This document shows, one piece after another, positions 44,394 to 53,454 of a stretch of 64,000 nucleotides of DNA. Source of the stretch: Candidatus Pacearchaeota archaeon (lineage in GTDB: Archaea > Nanobdellota > Nanobdellia > Pacearchaeales > JAPDKA01). Within the stretch, counting starts at the first letter, position 1, and each line of letters starts with the position of its first letter. Under the pieces are notes generated by a model. That model made no database searches and was not told where the DNA came from. It saw only the letters and a list, made by a program, of their open reading frames with translations. The position numbers were made by a program, and so were the translations under genes. The stretch is taken from NCBI GenBank assembly GCA_038817835.1, contig JAWAZI010000001.1, positions 44,948 through 108,947 of the forward strand. Reading direction: 5' to 3'.

Positions 44394-44502
44394 TGGGCCC
44401 TGGCGGATTTGAACCGCCGACCTCCGGTTAGCCTAGATTCCCGCCAAATATGGCGAGTGGTCATATAAGACCGGCGCTCTAACCTGGCTGAGCTAAGGGC
44501 CC
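44394..44502 (-). tRNA. tRNA-Ile (anticodon TAT) with 34-nt intron at canonical 37/38 position (intron 44430-44463)
   Basis: Acceptor GGGCCCT/AGGGCCC. D-arm GCTC-AGCCAGGTTA-GAGC. Anticodon stem CCGGT/ACCGG. Loop CTTATA^intron^A. Hand-folded BHB: 4-bp helix CUUA/UAGG flanked by 3-nt bulges UA^U and CU^A. Intron hairpin CTCGCC-ATATTT-GGCGGG. Confidence 0.75.
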
Positions 44503-44542
44503 TCCTCATTTATTTATAATTTTATATTTTTTAATTTTTTCC

Positions 44543-46021
44543 TCACAGCTTTTTAAATAGAATTTCAATTTTATTTATTTTATAATCTTCTTTTTTTTCA
44601 AATTTACATTCTCTAATTTTAACTTCAAAATTTAGATTATTTGCAACTTTAGAAGTAGCATTAGGAATAATAGGAAATAAAAAAATTGTAATAATTCTTA
44701 TTGCTTCTAGCAAAAAATATAGATGCTTATTTAATTCATTCTTATCATCTATCTTCCATAATTCTTTATCTTGAATATATTTATTACAAAAATCAAGAAG
44801 CTCGAGTATTTTTTTTATTCCTAAATTAAAATTATATTCATCAAAATTTTTTCTTATTTCATTAAAACTTTCATTAAAAAGTTTCTTTAAATTTTTATCT
44901 ATATTTACTTTATTTATTTCGTTATTTACTTTTTTTGCTAATCCAAAAACTCTAGATATTAAATTACCATATTTATCTGCTAACTCGTTATTTGCTTCTT
45001 TAATTTCATTCTCATCAAAATCAAAATCATCGCCGTAACTTGCAGATTTTATCAAATAATATCTTAAACTATCACAACCATATTTATCTACAAGATAAAA
45101 TGGATCAACAATTGTTCCAGTTGTTTTACTAAGTTTTTCTCCTTTTATATTTATAAAGCCATGAACAAAAACAAGTTTTGGGATATCAATATTATTTGCC
45201 ATAAGTAAAGCGGGCCATATAACTGAATGAAACCAATTAATATCTTTACCAATTACATGCATATCTGCTGGCCAATAATTTTTAAATAATCTACCTTTAG
45301 GCCAATTTAATGCACTTATATAATTTATTAATGCATCTACCCAAACATATATTGTTTGAGATTTATCAAATGGTACTTTTATACCCCAAATCAATTTTTT
45401 TCTACTGACACTCAAATCTTTAAGATCTTCTTGATTTAATCTATATAATATTTCTTTAGCATATCTCTCAGGTTTTATTAAACCTTTTTCTATTGCTTCT
45501 ATTATTTTTTGTTTAAATTTACTAAGATTAAAAAAATAATTTTCTTCTTCTATTTCTTCAAGCTTTTTTTTATGAATAGGGCAAAGGCCGTTTATAGCTT
45601 CATTTTCTCTATAAAAAGCTTCACAAGAAATACAATAAAGGCCTTTATATTTAGATTTATAAATATGGCCATTCTCTAAAAGTAAATTAAAAAATTTTTT
45701 AACACATTTTATATGTTTTTTATCTGTAGTTCTTATAAAATAACTATAATCAATATTTAATACTTTACAAAGTTGCTTAAATTTTTCTGCATTTTCATCA
45801 ACAAATTTTTTTATTTCTTTTTTATTCCTTGCTCCAGCTTCTTTAGCTGCTTTTGCAATTTTTATTGCATTTTCGTCAGTTCCTGTAAGAAAAAAAACTT
45901 TATATCCATTAATTTTTTTCCATCTAGCAATTGTATCTGCAATTATTTTTTCATAAGCATGTCCTAAATGTGGTTGTGCATTAACATAATCTATTGCTGT
46001 AGTAATATAAAATTTTTTCAT
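44543..46021 (-). CDS. metG: methionyl-tRNA synthetase (core, no C-terminal tRNA-binding extension)
   Basis: HIGH-type PHLGHAYE, Zn knuckle CISCEAFY...CPIHKK, KMSKS-type KLSKT. Confidence 0.93.
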   Translation of the reverse strand: MKKFYITTAIDYVNAQPHLGHAYEKIIADTIARWKKINGYKVFFLTGTDENAIKIAKAAKEAGARNKKEIKKFVDENAEKFKQLCKVLNIDYSYFIRTTDKKHIKCVKKFFNLLLENGHIYKSKYKGLYCISCEAFYRENEAINGLCPIHKKKLEEIEEENYFFNLSKFKQKIIEAIEKGLIKPERYAKEILYRLNQEDLKDLSVSRKKLIWGIKVPFDKSQTIYVWVDALINYISALNWPKGRLFKNYWPADMHVIGKDINWFHSVIWPALLMANNIDIPKLVFVHGFINIKGEKLSKTTGTIVDPFYLVDKYGCDSLRYYLIKSASYGDDFDFDENEIKEANNELADKYGNLISRVFGLAKKVNNEINKVNIDKNLKKLFNESFNEIRKNFDEYNFNLGIKKILELLDFCNKYIQDKELWKIDDKNELNKHLYFLLEAIRIITIFLFPIIPNATSKVANNLNFEVKIRECKFEKKEDYKINKIEILFKKL

Positions 46022-46107
46022 AAAAAATTAATTTAATATTTAATTAAAAATTTTATTATTTATAAATTTCCTTATAATATTTAAAAACTTAAAAAATTTA
46101 TTTTAAA

Positions 46108-47283
46108 ATGCTTATTGGTATAGTTGGAAAACCAAATGTTGGCAAAAGTACTTTTTTCAAAGCTTTAACATTAAGTGAAGTTGAAATTGCAAATTATCCT
46201 TTCACAACAATAAAACCAAATGAAGGTATAGCTTATGTGAAAGTTAAATGTGTCGAGAAAGAGTTTGGTATTAAGTGCAAACCTAACTATGGATATTGTA
46301 TCAATGGATGGCGTTTTTTGCCAATAAAAGTTATAGATGTTGCAGGATTAGTACCGAAAGCCCATCTAGGAAGAGGACTTGGAAATAAATTTCTTGATGA
46401 TTTAAGACAAGCGGATGTTTTATTGCATATTGTTGATGCAAGCGGTACTGTAGATGAAGAAGGAAAACCAACAATAAATTATAATCCAATAAATGATATA
46501 AAATGGTTGGAGGAAGAAATAGAAGCATGGTTTATTAATTTAGTAATGAAAGATTGGGAAAATTTAAAAAGAAAAGCACAACATATTGAAAAGCCATTAT
46601 CAATTATTTATGAAAAATTATCTGGACTAAAAATAAAAGAAATACATATAAAAGAAACAATATCAAAATTAAATTTAGATGAAAAATTTTGGTTATGGGA
46701 TAAAGATGAATTAATAAAATTTATAAAAGAATTAAGAAAAATAAGCAAACCAATAGTTATTATAGCTAATAAAGCAGATATGCCCCAATCAGAAAAAAAT
46801 ATAGAAGAAATGAAAAAACAATATGAAAATATTTTTGTTTGTTCAGCAGAAATAGAGCTTGCATTAAAAGAAGCTGCAAAAAATGGAATAATTAACTATA
46901 TCCCTGGAGAGAGTAGTTTTGAAATAATAAAAAAAGATATTGATGAAAAAAAATTAAATGCTTTAAAGGTTATTGAAAATTATTTAGAAAAATATAAAAC
47001 TACTGGTGTACAAGATGCAATTGATTATAGTGTTTTTAATTTATTAAAGCAAATTGTTGTATATCCTGTTGAAAATGAAAACAAACTAAGTGATAAACAA
47101 GGAAATATATTGCCTGATGCTTTTCTAATGGAAAGTGGGAGTAAAGTTATTGATCTTGCATATAAAATTCATGAAGATATAGGAAAAAATTTTATTGCTG
47201 CTATCGACGTAAAAACAAAAAAAAGACTTGCTAGAGATTATGAACTAAAACATAATGATATAATAAAAATTTTAACTCATTGA
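46108..47283 (+). CDS. Obg-family GTPase with C-terminal TGS domain (YchF/Ygr210-like)
   Basis: G1 GKPNVGKST, G2 YPFTT, G3 DVAGL, G4 NKAD (GTP-type). C-terminal TGS-like YELKHNDIIKI. Confidence 0.85.
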   Translation: MLIGIVGKPNVGKSTFFKALTLSEVEIANYPFTTIKPNEGIAYVKVKCVEKEFGIKCKPNYGYCINGWRFLPIKVIDVAGLVPKAHLGRGLGNKFLDDLRQADVLLHIVDASGTVDEEGKPTINYNPINDIKWLEEEIEAWFINLVMKDWENLKRKAQHIEKPLSIIYEKLSGLKIKEIHIKETISKLNLDEKFWLWDKDELIKFIKELRKISKPIVIIANKADMPQSEKNIEEMKKQYENIFVCSAEIELALKEAAKNGIINYIPGESSFEIIKKDIDEKKLNALKVIENYLEKYKTTGVQDAIDYSVFNLLKQIVVYPVENENKLSDKQGNILPDAFLMESGSKVIDLAYKIHEDIGKNFIAAIDVKTKKRLARDYELKHNDIIKILTH

Positions 47284-47652
47284 TCTAAGTATAAAATAAT
47301 ATCCTTTCCCCTCATAGATAATTTCATTTGAATTAAATAAATTTCTTGCTTCTTTAGGTAAAAGTATCCTATTATGTTTATCTTTTTTAATTATATAATA
47401 TTTATCAAAATTTTTATTTGGTTTTATATGGGTTATTTCAACAAAAGTTTCTTTAATTTTTAAAAAATAGGTTTTTATTTTCTTATTTTCGTGATCTATC
47501 AATATATATTTTTTATTCAGATAAATCCTACCTTTATTATCAATTTTTAATATTTTTTTCCCAAAATATATATTATCAATTAAATCCTCGATCATAATTA
47601 GTTTTTTTATTTTTAAATTTAAAAAATTATCTCCAAAAAACTTCAACATCAT
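47272..47652 (-). CDS. hypothetical protein with two MraZ/AbrB-like (D-x-x-G/N-R-I-x-L-P) motifs
   Basis: YFGKKILKIDNKGRIYLNKKY and KKDKHNRILLPKEARNLF...EIIYEGKGYYFIL. Probable start is the internal ATG near 47595, which removes the overlap with kae1. Confidence 0.4.
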   Translation of the reverse strand: MMLKFFGDNFLNLKIKKLIMIEDLIDNIYFGKKILKIDNKGRIYLNKKYILIDHENKKIKTYFLKIKETFVEITHIKPNKNFDKYYIIKKDKHNRILLPKEARNLFNSNEIIYEGKGYYFILRSMS

Positions 47653-48631
47653 CCGTCCTTTGGTATGGTAATATATCTATATTTTTAATTTCTTCTTCAC
47701 TAAATTTAAAATCCTTAGCTTTTAACATAAACCTTGCTGTTAAACCAATCATTGCAGCATTATCAACAAGTAAAGAAGAATCCGGTATATAGCATTTTGC
47801 TCCTCTTGCTTTTGTCATTTTAATTGCCATTTCTTGAAGCCTTTCATTACATGCAACACCACCACCTAAAGCCAATTCTTTCTTATTTAAATGTGCCATT
47901 GCTCTCTCTGCAACTTCTATAAGCATAGCAAATGCATATTCTTGTAAGCTATAACATAAATCCTCAATTTTATATTTTCCAGAATTATATTTTTGTTGCA
48001 AATTGGTCAATAAACCAGAAAAAGCAACATCCATACCCTTAACTGTATAAGGTAATTCAATTAATTTTTTTCCTTTTTTAGCAATTTCAGCAATCTTTGG
48101 ACCACCTGGAAAACCTATTCCAATATATCTAGCAAAACTATCCAAAAAATTTCCTACCCCCATATCTAAAGTCTCTCCAAAAACTCTATAACGAGAAGCA
48201 GCATAAGCTATGACTTGTGTATTTGCTCCAGAAACATATAATAAAACTGGATCTCTAGCTTTTGTAACAGCTCTTGCAACTTCAAGATGAGCTATACAAT
48301 GATTAACTGGAATTAATGGAACTTTAAGCTTTAAAGCTAAATTTTTTACAAAATTTTTTCCAACTAAAAGACAAGGACTCAATCCAGGCCCTTGTGAAAA
48401 TGCAATATAATTTATATCTTTTTCTTTTATGTTAGCTTGTTCTATTGCTTTCTGAAACAAAATATCTTTCCATTGCTCATGATGTTTTGCAGCTTCGTTA
48501 GGCACTATTCCTCCTTTCTCAGAAGTAAAACTATGTGAAACATTTGCAATAATAGCTTTATAACCTTTTCTCGTTTCATTAATTAAAGATATTCCAAATG
48601 TATGTGCAGTACTTTCAATAGCAAGTATCAT
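47627..48631 (-). CDS. kae1: tRNA N6-adenosine threonylcarbamoyltransferase Kae1
   Basis: ILAIESTAHTFG, VNHCIAHLE (metal-binding His pair), GGGVACNERL. Stand-alone, no Bud32 fusion. Confidence 0.93.
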   Translation of the reverse strand: MILAIESTAHTFGISLINETRKGYKAIIANVSHSFTSEKGGIVPNEAAKHHEQWKDILFQKAIEQANIKEKDINYIAFSQGPGLSPCLLVGKNFVKNLALKLKVPLIPVNHCIAHLEVARAVTKARDPVLLYVSGANTQVIAYAASRYRVFGETLDMGVGNFLDSFARYIGIGFPGGPKIAEIAKKGKKLIELPYTVKGMDVAFSGLLTNLQQKYNSGKYKIEDLCYSLQEYAFAMLIEVAERAMAHLNKKELALGGGVACNERLQEMAIKMTKARGAKCYIPDSSLLVDNAAMIGLTARFMLKAKDFKFSEEEIKNIDILPYQRTDDVEVFWR

Positions 48632-48704
48632 AAAAAAAATTATGCTTTTAATATTTTTATAATTTTTTCAGAAATAAAAAATAAAAATAAAAAAATAAAA
48701 AGAT

Positions 48705-48947
48705 TTACTTTTTCTTCTTTTTTCTTCCTTTTGCCATCTTTGCTTCACATAAGTTTCCTGCTGCATCTATGTAATATAAAAATCCTTCCTTTCTTTTTAC
48801 AGCATTTTTAACAACAACCTTTTTTCCTCCTTTGCCTTTTTTCTTTCCTCTAGCCATCGGTACTTCCATTATATTTCCCTTAGCATCAACATAGTAAAGA
48901 AACCCTGGCTTTCTCTTTACAGCATTTTTCAATATTACCTTTCCCAT
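48705..48947 (-). CDS. small highly basic protein made of two tandem ~38-aa repeats
   Basis: V(I/V)xKNAVKRKxGFLYY(V/I)DAxGN(I/L)xExxMA(R/K)GxKK occurs twice. Lys/Gly-rich linker and tail. No family name known to me. Confidence 0.55.
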   Translation of the reverse strand: MGKVILKNAVKRKPGFLYYVDAKGNIMEVPMARGKKKGKGGKKVVVKNAVKRKEGFLYYIDAAGNLCEAKMAKGRKKKKK

Positions 48948-49099
48948 TTTACATTACAAACAAATTTTTCTAAAAATATAAAGAAATTATCATTTAAATA
49001 TCTTTCTATCTCGTCGTGATTTAACTATGGATTGATCACAAAAATTTTTAAAATTTTTATTTTATTATAATAAAAAATAAAATATCAAAGTATTTTAAA

Positions 49100-49528
49100 A
49101 TGTTCGACGAATTTGAAAGAATAGAAAAAGAAATTGAAGAGATGAGAAAAAGATTAGAAAAACTTAGTAAAGAAATGTTCAAGCCATTGAAAATAGAAAC
49201 TATAAGTTTTCCTATTGACATAAGAGAAAGTAATAGTGATTTAATCATAGAAGCGGAATTGCCAGGAGTAAATAAAGAAAATATTGATATAAATTTAGAT
49301 GAAAATAAATTAACTATAAAAGCAGAAACCAAAAAAGCTGTTGAAGAAAAAAAAGAAGGATATTTACATAGAGAGAGATCTTACAAAAGTTTTTATAGAT
49401 CTTTTACATTGCCAATGCCAGTAATACCAGAAAAAGCAAAAGCAACTTATAAAGATGGAATACTAACTATAATTGTACCAAAAAAAGAGAAAGAAAAAAA
49501 GAAGGAAGTGAAAATAAAAATTTCTTAA
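49100..49528 (+). CDS. hsp20: small heat shock protein (Hsp20/alpha-crystallin)
   Basis: DLIIEAELPGVNKENIDINLDENKLTIKAE...FYRSFTLP...ATYKDGILTIIVPK. Confidence 0.9.
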   Translation: MFDEFERIEKEIEEMRKRLEKLSKEMFKPLKIETISFPIDIRESNSDLIIEAELPGVNKENIDINLDENKLTIKAETKKAVEEKKEGYLHRERSYKSFYRSFTLPMPVIPEKAKATYKDGILTIIVPKKEKEKKKEVKIKIS

Positions 49529-49539
49529 TTTTTTATTTT

Positions 49540-50901
49540 TTATTCTATGAACTTTCTTATTGCAGGATTCATATCATAATAATGTTGTGATACTATTTCT
49601 TGATATAATCTATAAACAATCATTACACTAAGTAAAAGTCCTGTCCCTCTAACTAATGCTCCTAATAAATCAGCTAAAGCTGCAAGTAATCCTACAGTTG
49701 CCCCACCCATAACAGCAAGAGGCATGATATATCTACTTAATATAATTTCTAAAACTCTAGGATCTTCTCTAAATCCTGGAATTTTTAAACCACTAGAAAC
49801 AATTTGTTCTGAAATAGTTCTTGCATCCATACCTGCAGTTTGTACCCAAAATACACTAAACATTATACTCATCAAAACTAAAAATAATAAATAAGTAAAA
49901 GCTTGTAAAAGCATTATAGGATGAAAAGCTCCCCTAATAATTGCTTCTATTATTTGTGGTGGATGTAACCAAAAAGCTAAACCAGAAACTGGTACTCCAT
50001 TAACAAAACCTCCAAGAAATGTTGGTTTTTTAAGCCATGATTGGAATAAAGTAGCAAATAATTCTATATTTGCAATCAAAGCTGCAGCAAGAATAACTGG
50101 AATATTACTAGTATATAAAAAAGCAAGTGGCCATCTAACACCAAAACCTTTTATTCTACCAAAGCTTAAAGGAATTTCTGCTCTAATTGATTGAACATAA
50201 ATAACAAATATAAAAATTAAAATTGTTGCTGCAATTGCAATTAATGCTGATGTTGCTTCTATTGTATTTCCACTAGCAAAAGAACTAAGTAAAAGCCAAA
50301 CTTTTCCAATAGGTTCTATTTTTCCTGTAGGTCCAATAAAAGAAAAAGCTCTAACAAATAATTCATAAGCAACTCCACCAACAATAAATAAACTTATTCC
50401 ACCTCCAAATCCATATTTTGTAACGAACTCATCCATATATATTATAAGTATACCAACAATGAATAATTGTAATATTAAAAGCCATTCTAATCCTGGAACT
50501 GCTTCAAGGCCCCTCATCAAAACATAAACCATTGCTTCAAACAAAGTAAAAAAAATTGCTAAAATTTTTTGAAGTCCTTGAAAATATGCTCTTCCATCTG
50601 GAGTTTTTAAATCAATATTCAATATTTTACTTCCAACAAGAAGTTGTAAAACTATAGATGCTGTAACTATTGGTCCTATTCCTAAACTCATTAAACTACC
50701 AAATTTTGCTCCAAGTATAATTGCTAAAAATTCGAATCTGCTTAAAGCATTTTGGCTTAATCCATAAAGAGGAATAGAAGCCATAATAAAATAAACAATT
50801 AAAATTATCAAAGTCCACTTAATTTTTTCATTAAAGCTTAATCTTGTTACTGGTTTTCTTATTTCTGGTAAATTAAGAATTATTTTTCTCAACATCTTCA
50901 T
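49540..50901 (-). CDS. secY: preprotein translocase subunit SecY
   Basis: 10-TM protein with SecY blocks (GIGPIVTASIVLQLL, TSNIPVILA). Terminal gene of the ribosomal operon. Confidence 0.95.
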   Translation of the reverse strand: MKMLRKIILNLPEIRKPVTRLSFNEKIKWTLIILIVYFIMASIPLYGLSQNALSRFEFLAIILGAKFGSLMSLGIGPIVTASIVLQLLVGSKILNIDLKTPDGRAYFQGLQKILAIFFTLFEAMVYVLMRGLEAVPGLEWLLILQLFIVGILIIYMDEFVTKYGFGGGISLFIVGGVAYELFVRAFSFIGPTGKIEPIGKVWLLLSSFASGNTIEATSALIAIAATILIFIFVIYVQSIRAEIPLSFGRIKGFGVRWPLAFLYTSNIPVILAAALIANIELFATLFQSWLKKPTFLGGFVNGVPVSGLAFWLHPPQIIEAIIRGAFHPIMLLQAFTYLLFLVLMSIMFSVFWVQTAGMDARTISEQIVSSGLKIPGFREDPRVLEIILSRYIMPLAVMGGATVGLLAALADLLGALVRGTGLLLSVMIVYRLYQEIVSQHYYDMNPAIRKFIE

Positions 50902-51331
50902 TTATTAAATTTACAATAATTCCATTTTCTTCCAAAATTTTTTTTGCATTATCAGTTATATCTTTACAAATTATCTCTTTTCCTTTTAGAAATTCTATTC
51001 CATATATGTTATTACCAGCTAGAATTTTAAAATTACTCAAATCTATTTTATTTTCTTTACTCATATAAAATTTTGATATAATCTCTGATACTGTAATAAA
51101 TTTTTCTCTTTTCTTTTTTAATTTTTTATGACTAGTAAAACCTCTTTTTCCTAAATATTCTCCTTTATAATATTTTTGTATCAATGTTAATTTTTGTCCA
51201 GCTCTTTTTCCAGTTCCTGCCATACCTTTTCCTCCTCTACTACCTTTCCCTCTTCTTTTTTTCCTACTCCCTTTTCCAATAGTTCTTCTTCCTCTTATTC
51301 TACTTCTTTTATCTCTTTTTTTTATTTTCAT
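50873..51331 (-). CDS. rpl15: ribosomal protein uL15
   Basis: GKGSRGGKGMAGTGKRAGQK; operon position between L30 and SecY. Confidence 0.9.
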   Translation of the reverse strand: MKIKKRDKRSRIRGRRTIGKGSRKKRRGKGSRGGKGMAGTGKRAGQKLTLIQKYYKGEYLGKRGFTSHKKLKKKREKFITVSEIISKFYMSKENKIDLSNFKILAGNNIYGIEFLKGKEIICKDITDNAKKILEENGIIVNLINEDVEKNNS

Positions 51332-51332
51332 A

Positions 51333-51764
51333 TTAAATCATAGACAAAATTAGATCATTTATTTTTTCTCCAATATTTCCTCTAATTCCTTTAGGCCATA
51401 AAAGTTTCGAATTTTTTTTAAATCCTCCTCTTGGAGGAGCTAATCTAAAAAAAGGTTTAATTATATTTATCTCTTTCAATTTTTTTCCCTTTTTTAATTC
51501 TTCAATTACTCTTTTAACTTCTTCCTCACTAAGTCTTTTATCACCAAGCTTTCTACCTCTTTCCCTTATTAATATTTCTAAAGTTTTATCATTTATCTTT
51601 CCATATGCAATATAAGCTTTAACTTTTTCCAACATATTTATAATTTGTTTCTCTTCTGGATATAAACTACAAACAAATTTTTTTCTAAGCCTTAGCAAAT
51701 ATAAAGTATCTTTAATTTCCTTTGGTATTTCTACTCTTCCTTTAATTCTTATTGCTGCTATCAT
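51333..51764 (-). CDS. rpl30: ribosomal protein uL30
   Basis: AAIRIKGRVEIPKEIKDTLYLLRLRKK. Confidence 0.9.
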   Translation of the reverse strand: MIAAIRIKGRVEIPKEIKDTLYLLRLRKKFVCSLYPEEKQIINMLEKVKAYIAYGKINDKTLEILIRERGRKLGDKRLSEEEVKRVIEELKKGKKLKEINIIKPFFRLAPPRGGFKKNSKLLWPKGIRGNIGEKINDLILSMI

Positions 51765-51765
51765 T

Positions 51766-52545
51766 TTAATAAAGTTTTTTTAATGCATCAACAACAGCTT
51801 TAACATGATTATATTTTGTTCTTGTTTTTCCAAAAGATTTAACATATATATCTTTTATTCCTGCAAGTCTAAAAACTTTTTTCAATTCATCATCAGCTAC
51901 AAGACCTGCACCTCTCGGAGCCGGAATAAGAATTACTCTAACTCCACTACATTTTCCTTCAACTCTAAAAGGGATACTATGAGGCTCATTACAACAACAA
52001 TTAAAACTTCCACAACCTCTAACAACTTTAAATATATTTAATTTTGCTCTTCTTAATGCTTTTTCTCTAGCTGGAACTGTTTCTTTTGCTTTTTCCATTC
52101 CAACTCCTAAATGTCCATTTTTATCTCCTATAACTACCATTGCACTAAACTTAGGAACATTTCCTTCTGCAGTTTTCTTTTGTGTTTGTCTCCATGCTCT
52201 CCTTTTTCCACCCCCAAATTTTCCTTTAGATTGACCTATATTTATTAACTCAAATTCATAATCAAGTAAAGCATCGACAATTTCTGGTTCAAGAATAACT
52301 TTTCCTTTATCAAGAATTTCATCTATATTAGTAATTTTTTTCTCTTTAACTAGCCTTCCTAACTCTGTTTTAGGTTTCCAAGCAAATAATTTTTTTTCTC
52401 TTTCGATTTCTCTTATTTTTTCGGGAGTTAATTCTTCTTCTTTTACTATTTCTTCTATCTTTTCTTCTAATTTCTCTTCTTCAGCTTCCCTAATAAGTTT
52501 TTTCTTTTCTCTTTCTAATAATTCTTTTTTTCTTGATGCTTTCAT
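51766..52545 (-). CDS. rps5: ribosomal protein uS5 (with ~50-aa KE-rich N-terminal extension)
   Basis: VVIGDKNGHLGVGMEKAKETVPAREKALRRAK...IPAPRGAGLVA. Confidence 0.93.
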   Translation of the reverse strand: MKASRKKELLEREKKKLIREAEEEKLEEKIEEIVKEEELTPEKIREIEREKKLFAWKPKTELGRLVKEKKITNIDEILDKGKVILEPEIVDALLDYEFELINIGQSKGKFGGGKRRAWRQTQKKTAEGNVPKFSAMVVIGDKNGHLGVGMEKAKETVPAREKALRRAKLNIFKVVRGCGSFNCCCNEPHSIPFRVEGKCSGVRVILIPAPRGAGLVADDELKKVFRLAGIKDIYVKSFGKTRTKYNHVKAVVDALKKLY

Positions 52546-53015
52546 TTTATTAATTTTTCTTCAATCTCTTTAACTTTAGTTTCAATATTTTCATTTATAT
52601 GTTTCCCATAAATTCTATCTTCACTAGGAAAATATTTCGAGCAAGGAATATTTATAAATTTACTTGCACCATAAACAACAGCAAAAATTCTATTACCTTT
52701 AGTTATTCTATGCAAACCTGTATCTAATATAGCTTCTTTTATTCCTTTTTCTTTGGCTTTTTTTCCAATTAATAGTCCTAACAAATAAGCAGCAGGAAGA
52801 CATTTAAAGCTATAATTCCAATTTAATTTTTTAAGTGTTTTTGTTGTATAACCTATAATAACTCTATCTTTTGCCTCTTTGCTTTCTATAATTTGTGCTA
52901 TAATATAACGATTTGTTTTTCTTACAACTAGTCTAGGTTTATTACTTTTCAAGAGTTTTAATCTTTTTCTATAATCCGTTTTTCCTTCCCTTCTTCTTCT
53001 TTTTTGAACTATCAT
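52542..53015 (-). CDS. rpl18: ribosomal protein uL18
   Basis: REGKTDYRKRLKLLKSNKPRLVVRKTNRYIIAQI. Confidence 0.92.
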   Translation of the reverse strand: MIVQKRRRREGKTDYRKRLKLLKSNKPRLVVRKTNRYIIAQIIESKEAKDRVIIGYTTKTLKKLNWNYSFKCLPAAYLLGLLIGKKAKEKGIKEAILDTGLHRITKGNRIFAVVYGASKFINIPCSKYFPSEDRIYGKHINENIETKVKEIEEKLIK

Positions 53016-53016
53016 T

Positions 53017-53454
53017 TTATATACTCTTCCCCAATTTAATTTTTATATATTCCATCAATTCTTTTTTACTTTTGAATCTTCCACCTTTTGCTTGCTTTCT
53101 TAATATTCTATATTCTCTAGTTGTTAAAATTCCTCTATTCTTTAAATTTTTTAAGTACCTTCTCAAATTTCTTATTAAAATTATATATTTTCTCTTTCTA
53201 TCTATAACTTTTTTCTTTATTTTTCCTTCACCCCTTCTTCTTTTTTTATATCTCTTTTGCCTTTTTCTTCCGGCTCTTCTTTTATAACCTTTAATTGGTC
53301 TCTTTTTTATTGCTCCTTCTTTGATCAATTCTTCTATATCTTTTCTAGTTATAGCTTCTTTTATTTCATTAATTTTTTCAGGCATAAATTTAACTCTATT
53401 AATTCCAACTCCCAATATTTCTGCTGCAAGTCTTCTTTGAGTTTTTAGGCTCAT
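53017..53454 (-). CDS. rpl19e: ribosomal protein eL19
   Basis: MSLKTQRRLAAEILGVGINRVKF. Confidence 0.92.
   Translation of the reverse strand: MSLKTQRRLAAEILGVGINRVKFMPEKINEIKEAITRKDIEELIKEGAIKKRPIKGYKRRAGRKRQKRYKKRRRGEGKIKKKVIDRKRKYIILIRNLRRYLKNLKNRGILTTREYRILRKQAKGGRFKSKKELMEYIKIKLGKSI

Noticed and set aside
44393-44509. Arg-rich N-terminus (MRRALSSARLERRSYMTTRHIWRESRLTGGRRFKSARAH) of the 226-aa track ORF.
   Set aside because: It is the in-frame translation of the GC-rich tRNA-Ile gene and its intron, not protein-coding sequence.
49016-49039. Inverted repeat GTGAT-N14-ATCAC about 60 nt upstream of hsp20, considered as a heat-shock regulator operator.
   Set aside because: It has only 5-bp arms, which is easily expected by chance. 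There is no second copy in the window and no regulator gene nearby, so I cannot support it.
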